Below are positions 28,199 through 37,016 of a DNA stretch of 64,000 bases, piece after piece. A program made the position numbers and the translations under genes. Each line of letters begins with the position of its first letter. Within the stretch, counting starts at the first letter, position 1. The DNA lies in the NCBI GenBank assembly GCA_938010045.1, contig CALLFZ010000004.1, positions 28,107 through 92,106 on the forward strand, in the 5' to 3' direction. This stretch comes from an uncultured bacterium. GTDB taxonomy: Bacteria > Verrucomicrobiota > Kiritimatiellia > PWTM01. The notes under the pieces were generated by a model, which saw only the letters and a list, made by a program, of their open reading frames with translations, was not told where the DNA came from and made no database searches.

Positions 28199-28942
28199 TT
28201 ATTCAACCACATCCACCCAGCGGCGGACGGAGGGGTCGGGCGACGGCGATGTCGGAGGCTCGGTTCCGGCCGGCGGTTGCGGCGTGGCGTTGCCCTCCGG
28301 TGCCGCGGAGGCTCTGGATTCCGGAGCCGAGGGAGCCGGTTCCTCCATCCGTGCCGGGCCGCCGGCCCCGCTGCCCGCACCGCCCGAACCGCCGCCACCG
28401 CCGCCACGGCGGCGACGACGCCCACGGCGCGCACCGCCGCCACTTTCTCGCCCCGACCGCATCGCCTCGCCGTGCCGTCCGGCCGCGTGCCGCGAGTCAC
28501 CCCCTTCACCACCGGCGGACTCCATCGCCTTGCGCAAGGTGGCCGTCCGCAGTGTGGCAATGCCCGCCTCGGCCGCCTGACGCTCAACGTCGGCATCATC
28601 GCAAACCAGCGTCGCCGGCCCGCGACGCGCGGCCGCGCGCGCCAGTTCCAGAAGACGAGCGCCCCGGCGGGCGGCCGACTCAGCGTAATAGACCGTGACG
28701 CCCTGGAATTGATCGCCGTCGCCAGCGCGGTGCAACGGTTCGCCATCAAACACCACGGCGGACGGAATCTTTTCCTGCTCTGCGAACCGGCCCAGCCGGT
28801 ACAGCAGACCGATCATGTCGCGGGGGCCGGGCCGATGCTCCGGACGAACACCAAGCAGCGCGCGTCCATCCACGATCATGCGCGCCGTCACCGTCGGCAT
28901 ATCGGAGGAAAACAGCCCCGTGATCGCTTCCAGCAGACCCAT
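28199..28942 (-). CDS. NYN/PIN-like (YacP-like) domain protein with low-complexity Arg/Gly/Pro tail
   Basis: ATG at 28942; IVDG...VVFDG...LVCDD pattern; RRGRRRRRGGGGGGSGG tail. Confidence 0.55.
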   Translation of the reverse strand: MGLLEAITGLFSSDMPTVTARMIVDGRALLGVRPEHRPGPRDMIGLLYRLGRFAEQEKIPSAVVFDGEPLHRAGDGDQFQGVTVYYAESAARRGARLLELARAAARRGPATLVCDDADVERQAAEAGIATLRTATLRKAMESAGGEGGDSRHAAGRHGEAMRSGRESGGGARRGRRRRRGGGGGGSGGAGSGAGGPARMEEPAPSAPESRASAAPEGNATPQPPAGTEPPTSPSPDPSVRRWVDVVE

Positions 28943-29271
28943 GGGAACTCCTCTTCGTTCACCCGTGGCGCCCAGTACGACTGGTCGCCTCAACTTGCGG
29001 CGCCGCCCGGGGAACCGGTTCGTCACCGGTTCGTCTCCGGGCGTGCCGGTCATCTCCAGTCTAAGTGAGCGCCGCAAGGCGATCAAGCATGGATGAGATC
29101 CGGCGCCCATCCCTATCGTTTCCAACAACTCGGAGGACGTCGACGGCTGTACGCCCTACCTCCATTGTGGTGGAGGAGGGCGGCTTGGCTGGCCACCTGA
29201 TCCCGTCCCCGCATCACCGGCATCGCTACGGCGCGGTGGCCGTCGACCCACGAAGGTCGCACCCTGGCTCA

Positions 29272-29730
29272 TCAGCGGTCAAAGCAGTACGGATCGTCTT
29301 CGGCCACCACGGGCGGCAGATCAAGACGCGCCAACGCATCGGCTCGCCGCATCAGGAGGCGTGAGCATACCGCCAGTCTCACAACCGGCTTGGATGAACA
29401 CAGCCACGCGATTGTCGCGCGCGCACCTGGCGGCGCGGTAGCGCGATGGAGCGACTCACCACATCGCAGATGTCTGGATGCGTGGACCATGTCACCTCGC
29501 TCACCCGCTCGCCATTGACCCGCACCCACGAGCGCACGCCCAGAGGGCCGAGTTCGAGGATCAGATCCTGGTCCTCGAATCCGGGAATCCGGCCGGCAGA
29601 TCGAACCACCGCCGGCACCACGACTGGCCGGCGGAGTCATTCGGGGCCAGCGCGAAGAAGTGGATGGGCCGCGGCACTGGCACCTCGCCCCAGGCCGAGC
29701 CAACGGAGTCGGGGTTTTCACCAACCGGCG
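29272..29730 (-). pseudogene. Frameshifted relic of a GH2/beta-galactosidase-type jelly-roll sugar-binding domain
   Basis: Joining successive frames gives PDSVGSAWGEVPVP...WCRRWFDLPAGF|EDQDLILELGP...VRVNGERV...|NRVAVFIQAGCETGGM...|DDPYCFDR. The first shift is an 8-bp tandem duplication GAATCCGG at 29577-29592. Confidence 0.6.
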
Positions 29731-30357
29731 GCGCGTCCCTCGTTCGTTCGATCCCACATGCCACGCCAGCCGATCCGCGATGGAATTTTCAACGGCCGCT
29801 CCGAGGTTATGCACGAGTCGCGACAACAGCCATGACGTCCGCGGCGATATCGTGCGCAGCCGCTCGCTGCGGTCCGCATCGGAGTGCCACGAGGCCGCCG
29901 GACACACCACCACCGCGCCGCGGCCGCGACGCAACACCCGTCGCGTCGGGTCTCCCCTCCTCCGCAGGCGCCGAACCTACCGGGCGAGCGCGCCAATGGA
30001 GCTCCGCGGCCGAGACACCGTTGGAACCGAGGATCACCTCCCGCGCGGTCGGCGGCGCATCGTCCGTCGGCGCCGGTGGGGGGGCGGCAGCTCGGGGGCC
30101 CCCACCTGAAGCTCGTCCGCGCTGAGTTCCAGCGCCCGCGCATGCGACCCCGCGTCCATCGCCGCGACCCACCGGCACGGTGGAGATCCACCTGACCCGG
30201 CCACGATGAACACCGGCTGGGACGGAGCGAGCTTCCGGCGCGGGCACCGCGCCCGCGGCCGTCCCCGCGATCCTCAGCACGAACGCGACGGCCCACGCCT
30301 GCCCGCTGATAGTCCACGTCCTTGGACGGCGGCCATCGCGCGCGGTCGTGCGCCGGC

Positions 30358-31386
30358 TTACAGCAGCTTCAGGCGCGGCAGGTCCTGCAGATCCACCATG
30401 CCCACCACGCGGCCACTCTCATCCACGACCACCAGATCGTCAATCGCATGTTCGCGGAACGCGCGCAGCACATCGACGGCGAGCCGGTCGGCGCCGACGC
30501 ACACGGGCTGCCGCGTCATCACGTCGGCGATCGGCCGCTCGCCGGGATGAAGGCCGGCGGCCAGCTGACGGCGCAGATCCCCGTCGGTGAAGATGCCGGC
30601 GAGGCGCCCTCGTTCGTCCACCACGGCCACCGAGCCGGCGCGCGCGCGGGTCATCGCGACGACCGCATCGCTCACGCGCGCCGTCACGGGCACCGTGGCG
30701 AGCCGCGGGCCAGTGCGCATGATGTCGCGCACCCGCAGCAGCAGCGCGCGGCCAATTGCGCCGGCCGGGTGCAGTTTCGCGTAGTCCTCGCGTCCGAAGC
30801 CGCGCGCCCGCAGCAGTGTGATCGCGAGCGCGTCGCCGACCGCGAGCATCGCGGTGGTGCTCGCGGTCGGCGCGAGATTAAAGGGACACGCCTCGCGCCG
30901 CACGCGCACGCAGAGCACGGCATCGCAGAGGCGTGCGAGGGGGCTGCGCGCATCGGCCGTGAACGCGACGATCGGCGCGCCGAGCTGCCGCAGTGCGGGC
31001 ACCAGTTGCAGAAGCTCGTCCGACGCGCCGCTGTAGCTCATTGCGATCACCGCATCCGCGGGCTGCACGATTCCGAGATCCCCGTGCATCGCATCGGAGG
31101 GGTGCATGACCACCGACGGTGAGCCCGTGCTCGTCAACGTCGCGGCGATTTTTTGCGCGATCGGCAAGTTCTTGCCGACGCCGGTCCACACGAGCTTGCC
31201 GCCGCGCGCGAGGCGGTCGAGCAACAGGTCCACCACGCGCGCGAACCCGCGCCCGAGGCTCTGCTGCACGCGGTGCAGTTCCGCAATCTCAATCTCCAGC
31301 ACGCGGCGCGCGATCGCCGCGTGATCGGGCGTGGCCAGCGCGGCTCGCCCGCGTCGGGGTCCTCCGTGGCGGCGTTTCGCGCTCAT
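30358..31386 (-). CDS. kdsD: Arabinose-5-phosphate isomerase (KpsF/GutQ, SIS plus CBS domains)
   Basis: TGVGK, KIAATLTSTG, AMHGDLG, EACPFNLAPTAST, HPAGAIG, GIFTDGDLRR. Confidence 0.93.
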   Translation of the reverse strand: MSAKRRHGGPRRGRAALATPDHAAIARRVLEIEIAELHRVQQSLGRGFARVVDLLLDRLARGGKLVWTGVGKNLPIAQKIAATLTSTGSPSVVMHPSDAMHGDLGIVQPADAVIAMSYSGASDELLQLVPALRQLGAPIVAFTADARSPLARLCDAVLCVRVRREACPFNLAPTASTTAMLAVGDALAITLLRARGFGREDYAKLHPAGAIGRALLLRVRDIMRTGPRLATVPVTARVSDAVVAMTRARAGSVAVVDERGRLAGIFTDGDLRRQLAAGLHPGERPIADVMTRQPVCVGADRLAVDVLRAFREHAIDDLVVVDESGRVVGMVDLQDLPRLKLL

Positions 31387-32585
31387 CGCACCCACCCCCA
31401 CCGGCGCGACAGCGGCCAGTACACCGTGAACGCCGGCCCGACCAAGTCTGCGGCCTTCACGGGCCCGAAATACCGCCCGTCGAGACTCGACCGCGTGTTG
31501 TCGCCGAGCGGCAGATACTCGTCCGGCCCCAGCTCCAGCACATCCTCGGGCGAGGCCAGTTTCGGGCGGCGCGGCGACGGCCCCGACGCCAGTTCATAAC
31601 CGTGGTACGACGGATCGTGCACGAGGCGGTGAAACGGATACGGCGACTCCACCGGGCGGCCGTTGACCACCAGGTGGGGGGGCCGAATCGAGATGTGCTC
31701 ATTCGGCAGGCCGGCCAATCGCTTGATGTAAAAATCGCCCCGCAGGTTGGGGAAATCCACGCGGCTGACGTCGAACACGATGATGTCGCCGCGGCGCGGC
31801 TTTCGAAAGTTGTAGCGGATTTTGTCCACAAAGACGTGATCACCGATCTTCACGCGGCCCGAAGCGAGCACGTCGCCCTCGGTTACGAACGAGCCCTCCG
31901 GGACGCGTCGCGGGAGGTTCACACGCGCACGGTGCAGGACGGGCGTGCTGCCCGGCATCCCGCCGCGGCTCGGTGGCCGCTCGAACACGGGGATCAGGTC
32001 GTAGTCGTCGTCGGGCGAGCGCTGAGAAAAACCGACGTATCCGTTGCAGCGCGCGCGGACCTCGACATAGCCCTCGCCAAAGAGGGCCCAGCCGAGCCAC
32101 GAGACCGGCGGCCAGTCGTACCATCGCCGTCCAACCTGGTCACGGATCTGCACGCCGCACAGCGTCGGCATCATCGAGCCGGTCGGGATGCGAAAGGGCT
32201 GGATGAAGTAGCAGCGCAGCGCCATCGCGACCGCGCCCGCGACGGCGGCGATCTCGACGAACTCCCGCGCGCGGTGCCATGGGCGCGGCGGCGCCAGCCG
32301 CCGCAGCGCCTGATCGAGATCGCTGAGCGCCCTGTCCACCGCCGCCGCGTCGTGCGCGCGCAGCGCCGTCGCCGTGCGCTCCTCGGCGGCCCGCACCGCG
32401 CCCAGCTCCTCGGCGCGCGCGATATCCTCCCACATCGCCCGCGTGTGCCGCGCGTGGTGCAGCGCCTCGCGCGCCGCCTTCCGCAGCCGCCGCCAGCGCC
32501 ACCAACGTACCACCGCCTTCGCGACGCCGACGACGTTCCCCCGCCGCGCCCCGACGCCCGGTCCCGGCGCCCCACCCCGGCTCAT
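31383..32585 (-). CDS. lepB: Signal peptidase I with N-terminal extension
   Basis: QPFRIPTGSMMPTL (catalytic Ser), YIKRL (catalytic Lys), GDNTRSSLDGRYFG; ATGA overlap with lepA. Confidence 0.93.
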   Translation of the reverse strand: MSRGGAPGPGVGARRGNVVGVAKAVVRWWRWRRLRKAAREALHHARHTRAMWEDIARAEELGAVRAAEERTATALRAHDAAAVDRALSDLDQALRRLAPPRPWHRAREFVEIAAVAGAVAMALRCYFIQPFRIPTGSMMPTLCGVQIRDQVGRRWYDWPPVSWLGWALFGEGYVEVRARCNGYVGFSQRSPDDDYDLIPVFERPPSRGGMPGSTPVLHRARVNLPRRVPEGSFVTEGDVLASGRVKIGDHVFVDKIRYNFRKPRRGDIIVFDVSRVDFPNLRGDFYIKRLAGLPNEHISIRPPHLVVNGRPVESPYPFHRLVHDPSYHGYELASGPSPRRPKLASPEDVLELGPDEYLPLGDNTRSSLDGRYFGPVKAADLVGPAFTVYWPLSRRWGWVR

Positions 32586-34387
32586 GTGTCCGCCTTCAGC
32601 ACCCGCACGAATGCTTCCTGCGGAATGCCCACTTCGCCGACCTGCTTCATTCGCTGTTTGCCCTCCTTCTGCCGCTCCAGCAGCTTGCGTTTTCGCGTGA
32701 TGTCGCCGCCATAGCACTTCGCGGTGACGTCCTTACGGAACGGCCGAATTGTCTCGCGCGCGATGATCGTGCGCCCGATGGCCGCTTGGATCGGAATTGC
32801 AAATTGGTGACGCGGAATCGCCTCGCACAGCGACTTGCAGATCTGCCGGCCGCGCGCCGCCGCTTTGTCCCGATGCACGAGGCATGCGAACGCGTCCACC
32901 GGCTCCCCCGCCACCAGAATGTCGAGCCGCACGATGTCCGATGGCGCATACCCCGCCAACTCATAGTCCATCGAGGCGTAGCCGTGGCTCAAGCTCTTGA
33001 GCCGGTCGTGAAAGTCCACCAGCACTTCGTTCAACGGTAGGCTGGCCGTTAGCATGACGCGCCTCGGATCGAGCGACTCCGTCGTCTCCACCTGCCCGCG
33101 CTTGTCCAGCACCAGTTGCATCAGATCGCCAATGTGCTCGTTGTGGCAGATGATGCGCGCGCGAATGATCGGCTCTTCGATGCGTTCAATTCTCGTCGGA
33201 TCGGGCAGAAACGCGGGGTTGTCCACCTCCTGCACGACCCCATCCGTGCGGTGCACGCGGTACACGACCCCCGGATAGGTCGCGATGATGTCGCAATCGA
33301 ACTCACGCCGCAGCCGCTCCTGGACCACCTCCATGTGCAGCAGCCCGAGGAAGCCACATCGAAAGCCGAGCCCGAGCGCCAAGGAGGACTCCGGCTGGTA
33401 GTGCAGCGCGCTGTCGTTCAGCGCATAGCGTTCAATGCTCGCGCGCAGCTTTTCGTAGTCCGCGCTGTTGACCGGATACAGACCGCAGAACACCATCGGC
33501 CGGATCTGCCGGAAGCCCGGCAGCGGTTCGGCCGCGGGACGCTGCGCGTCGGTGACCGTATCGCCCACGCGCACCTCGGAGGGGTGACGGATCGTCGCGA
33601 TCAGGTACCCGACCATGCCCGCCGCCAACGCCGGTGCGGGCACCGGGCGAGGACGGAATTGCCCGACCTCCTTGATCTCGTACTCCGCGCCCGTGCTCAT
33701 CAGCCGGATCCGCTGGCCCGGCGCCAGGTGCCCATCCACGACCCGCACACACGGCACCACACCCCGATAGGCGTCGAACGACGAGTCGAACACCAGCGCG
33801 CGCACCGTGTCCCGCGCGCCCGGCGAGGGCGGCGGGATGCGGCGCACGATCGCCTCGAGCACCTCGTCCACCCCCTCCCCGGTTTTCGCGCTGACCACCA
33901 GCGCCTCGTCCATCGGGATCGCAAGGATCTCCTCCACCTGCCGGCATACCCCGGGAATGTCCGCGCCCGGCAGGTCGATCTTGTTCAGCACAGGAATGAT
34001 CTCAAGCTGATGCTCCATCGCGAGCAGCGTGTTCGCGACCGTCTGCGCCTCGACGCCCTGCGTCGCGTCAATCACCAACAGCGCGCCCTCGCACGCCGCA
34101 ATGCTGCGCGCCACCTCGTAGGAAAAGTCCACGTGGCCGGGCGTGTCGATCAGGTGAAAGGTGTAGGTGCGACCGTCGCGCGCCGTGTAGGGCATACAGA
34201 CCGGGTGCGCCTTGATCGTGATGCCGCGCTCGCGTTCGAGGTCCATCGCATCGAGCACTTGCGGCATCGCGTTGCGCGGCGAAATGAGACCGGTGCGCTC
34301 GAGCATCCGGTCGGCCAGCGTGGACTTGCCGTGGTCAATGTGCGCGATGATGCAGAAATTTCGGATCTGGTCCGGCGGAACGATCAT
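32582..34387 (-). CDS. lepA: Elongation factor 4
   Basis: IRNFCIIAHIDHGKSTLADR, DTPGHVDF, GFRCGFLGLLH, KCYGGDITRKRKLL. Confidence 0.98.
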   Translation of the reverse strand: MIVPPDQIRNFCIIAHIDHGKSTLADRMLERTGLISPRNAMPQVLDAMDLERERGITIKAHPVCMPYTARDGRTYTFHLIDTPGHVDFSYEVARSIAACEGALLVIDATQGVEAQTVANTLLAMEHQLEIIPVLNKIDLPGADIPGVCRQVEEILAIPMDEALVVSAKTGEGVDEVLEAIVRRIPPPSPGARDTVRALVFDSSFDAYRGVVPCVRVVDGHLAPGQRIRLMSTGAEYEIKEVGQFRPRPVPAPALAAGMVGYLIATIRHPSEVRVGDTVTDAQRPAAEPLPGFRQIRPMVFCGLYPVNSADYEKLRASIERYALNDSALHYQPESSLALGLGFRCGFLGLLHMEVVQERLRREFDCDIIATYPGVVYRVHRTDGVVQEVDNPAFLPDPTRIERIEEPIIRARIICHNEHIGDLMQLVLDKRGQVETTESLDPRRVMLTASLPLNEVLVDFHDRLKSLSHGYASMDYELAGYAPSDIVRLDILVAGEPVDAFACLVHRDKAAARGRQICKSLCEAIPRHQFAIPIQAAIGRTIIARETIRPFRKDVTAKCYGGDITRKRKLLERQKEGKQRMKQVGEVGIPQEAFVRVLKADT

Positions 34388-35064
34388 CCGGCTCCCCCCG
34401 CCGCCGCGCGCAACCGCGCCACCGCGGCGGCCATGTCCGGCGCGCCGTACAGCGTCGTGCCCGCGATCAGCACATTCGCGCCCGCCCGCGCGCAGGCCGC
34501 GCCGGTCGCCTCGCCGATGCCACCGTCCACCGAGATCGCAAGCGACGGCCGCGCCATCCGCAGCGCCGCGATCTTCGGCAGCACCGCCTCAATGAACGAC
34601 TGGCCCCCGAACCCCGGATGCACGCTCATCAGGAGCACTTCGTCCACCAGCCCCGCCTCCAGGTGCGGCTCGGCCAACTCCAGCGGCGTCTCGGGATTCA
34701 GTGTGAGGCCCGCCCGCACGCCAAGCCCACGCAGCTCGTTCAGCGCCGCCGCAACATCGCACCGCGCCTCGACGTGGATCAGCACCGTCGCCGCACCCGC
34801 GTCGACGTACACCGTCAAGTATAGATCCGGGCGGTCCAGCATCAGATGCACGTGCAGCGGCAATCCGCAGCTCCGCCGCGCGACGCGCACGATCTCGGGC
34901 CCGAAGCTGATGTTCCGCACAAAATGACCGTCCATTACGTCGAGATGCAGCGCGTCCGCGCCGGCCGACTCGGCGCGGCGGCATTCCTCGGCCACGCGAC
35001 CAAAATCGGCCGCGAGCAGCGAGGGCAGGATTTGGATCTTCGGCGGCATCTTCTCGTGAGCCAT
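34384..35064 (-). CDS. rpe: Ribulose-phosphate 3-epimerase
   Basis: PSLLAADF, HLDVMDGHFV, HVHLM, MSVHPGFGGQ, VDGG; start at 35064 or 35049. Confidence 0.96.
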   Translation of the reverse strand: MAHEKMPPKIQILPSLLAADFGRVAEECRRAESAGADALHLDVMDGHFVRNISFGPEIVRVARRSCGLPLHVHLMLDRPDLYLTVYVDAGAATVLIHVEARCDVAAALNELRGLGVRAGLTLNPETPLELAEPHLEAGLVDEVLLMSVHPGFGGQSFIEAVLPKIAALRMARPSLAISVDGGIGEATGAACARAGANVLIAGTTLYGAPDMAAAVARLRAAAGGAG

Positions 35065-35499
35065 CGTCCGTGCGTTCGCGCGGCCCGTGTACGCTATCGG
35101 TGCCCCCACCGCCGGTCAAGACGCTCTGCCGTGCTCAAGACCCACCGCGCCCCCACACCCCCCCGCCGATCTCGCGCGCGGCAGCGCTTTCCCCCCTGCC
35201 CGACCTCGCGCCCAAATGTCTCGAGCCGTCCGTCCAAGCATGGGACGCCCGAATCCCCATTCCGTCCAATGCTGGGACCAACCGCATCCATCCCACGCCC
35301 GCCCCGCCGGGCGGGCCGAGGTCGCATCTAAACGTTCGATTCCGTTGAAAAACCCCTAGGCTCTTCTCCGGGTTGAGGGCGGTGGCGGGTTGACGCGCGT
35401 GAGATGAAGCTCACCGCGCTCGAGCAGTTCCCGCTGGACCTCTTCGCCCGGCTCCAGCCCAATGGCGGCCGCCAGCGCCAGCGGGAAGGAAACGTAGAG

Positions 35500-36357
35500 C
35501 CGGGGCTTCTGTCCCTTCGATCCGACGAGCCTGGTTTACTTCCGCCGGCGGCTGTTGGAGCATGGCCTCACGGCGACCGCCTTCGATGCGGTGCTCGATG
35601 CGATGCGTCAGGCCGGCGACCTCAAAGCGCGGACAGCGCAGCGGCTGGACTCGACGCATGTGATCGGACCGGTCAGCCAAATGAGCCGGCTGGAGCGCGT
35701 GCGCGAGGGCCTGCGTCGGGCGTTGGAGCGACTGGAACGGGAACCGGCGCTGGCGCGACCCGCCGCGTGGCCGGCCGGGTGGGAACGCGATGTCGAAAGC
35801 CGCCCGGACTACCCGGCGCCCCGCGAGGCGCTGGAGGCCAAGATGCTCCAAGCCGGCCAGGATGCCCGCGATCTGCTCGGTTGGGCCCAGACCCCGCCCG
35901 AAGCCCTGCGCCAGACACGGCAGATGGAAACGCTGCGCCGGGGTTCCAGGGAACACTTCGAGTTGACCCCGGAGCTGACGCCGTCGATGTGAGTCTTCGG
36001 GATCGCCAGGCGCTCTGCCCGGCCGGCCAGACGAGCACCCAATGCAGCCGGCTGGAGGAGGTCACATGTAAAGTCTACTATCGCTTCGAGTGGAACCACG
36101 AGCGGTGCGGCGCCTGCCCGTTGCGCACGCGTTGCGTGGGAAGGAGCCAAGTCCATCGGACGCTGCTGGTGGGGGAGTACCACGAATGGCTTCAGGCGCG
36201 CCGCCGCGCGATGGCGCGGCCGGACTTCAACATGCGTAGGCATCCCCGTAACGGCATCGAAGAGTCGATGAGTGAATTGAATCGGGGATATGGATTCGGA
36301 CGCAGCCGCTACCGGGGCTTGGCGAAAACCGCTGCCGATTTTTCGCTTCTGGCCTGA
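35500..36357 (+). mobile_element. Degraded IS1182-like (IS4/IS5 superfamily DDE) transposase pseudogene
   Basis: One frame has FDPTSLVYFRRRLLEHG...QRLDSTHV (stop at 35992). A second frame has CPAGQ...CGACPLRTRC...RNGIEESMSEL.RGYGFGRSRYRGLAKT. The N-terminus and central part are missing. Confidence 0.8.
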
Positions 36358-36498
36358 AAGCAGATCCCGACCGCCACGCTCGGCTCGACGCATGTGGGCT
36401 GCCTTGTTTCGCACACCGAAGACGGCAGCGAAAATGGGACGCGGTAAAGATTGGGGGGTTCGGCTTGCAGGCTTTGTTCGAGGCGGACGGCTCCAACT

Positions 36499-36802
36499 GG
36501 GGACAGGCACCTGGCGATCCCATTTTGGGTTCTCTGCGCCTACTGCGCCCAGAGAGGTGCCTGTCCCCACGACGACAACAACAACGTGCCTGTCCCCAGC
36601 GGACCCCCGTTTCCACAGCCTCAGCCCCGGACCTGCCTGCCCCTCACGGCCCCGCTCCGGCGGCGGAGCGCCGGAGCTACAGCGGACGGAACACCATCAT
36701 CAGGCCAGCTTTGCGCGCTGCGCATGTGCCTGTCCCCAATCGGGCCCGGAAGCAGTGGACTGGTGTGCCTGTCCCTAGCCGCCGTCCCAGGTGCCTGTCC
36801 CC
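36499..36802. repeat. REP-like repeat cluster 1 (GGGGACAGGCAC / GTGCCTGTCCCC)
   Basis: About 7 copies at 36499, 36555, 36586, 36634 (variant), 36726, 36765 and 36789; the first is inverted relative to the rest. Confidence 0.9.
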
Positions 36803-37016
36803 TGGGAGGGTTGAATGGTCGAAACCGTCGTTTTGTTCGGGCAGCGGCGAAAACCACCGGCGAATGGCACATAGGCGTTGGGGTAAACGAAATTTTCGTC
36901 CGTTCGCCGTGGCCAGTATTGGCCGCTCATTTCCCAACAGCGCAATCGGCTCGGCCCCGCGCGGTTTGCATGAGCGTACCGCGATCTACTACCGTCGATT
37001 GGAGCTCTCGCCGCAG

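Noticed and set aside
29152-29182. Hairpin CGCCCT(A)CCTCCA-TTGTGG-TGGAGGAGGGCG
   Set aside because: A real inverted repeat, but it has no U-tract and no recognisable RNA family, so no function can be assigned.
36465-37016. N-terminal extension of the metallophosphoesterase (691-aa ORF)
   Set aside because: It runs through repeat cluster 1; the domain begins at MRLAVVSDIH (37017).
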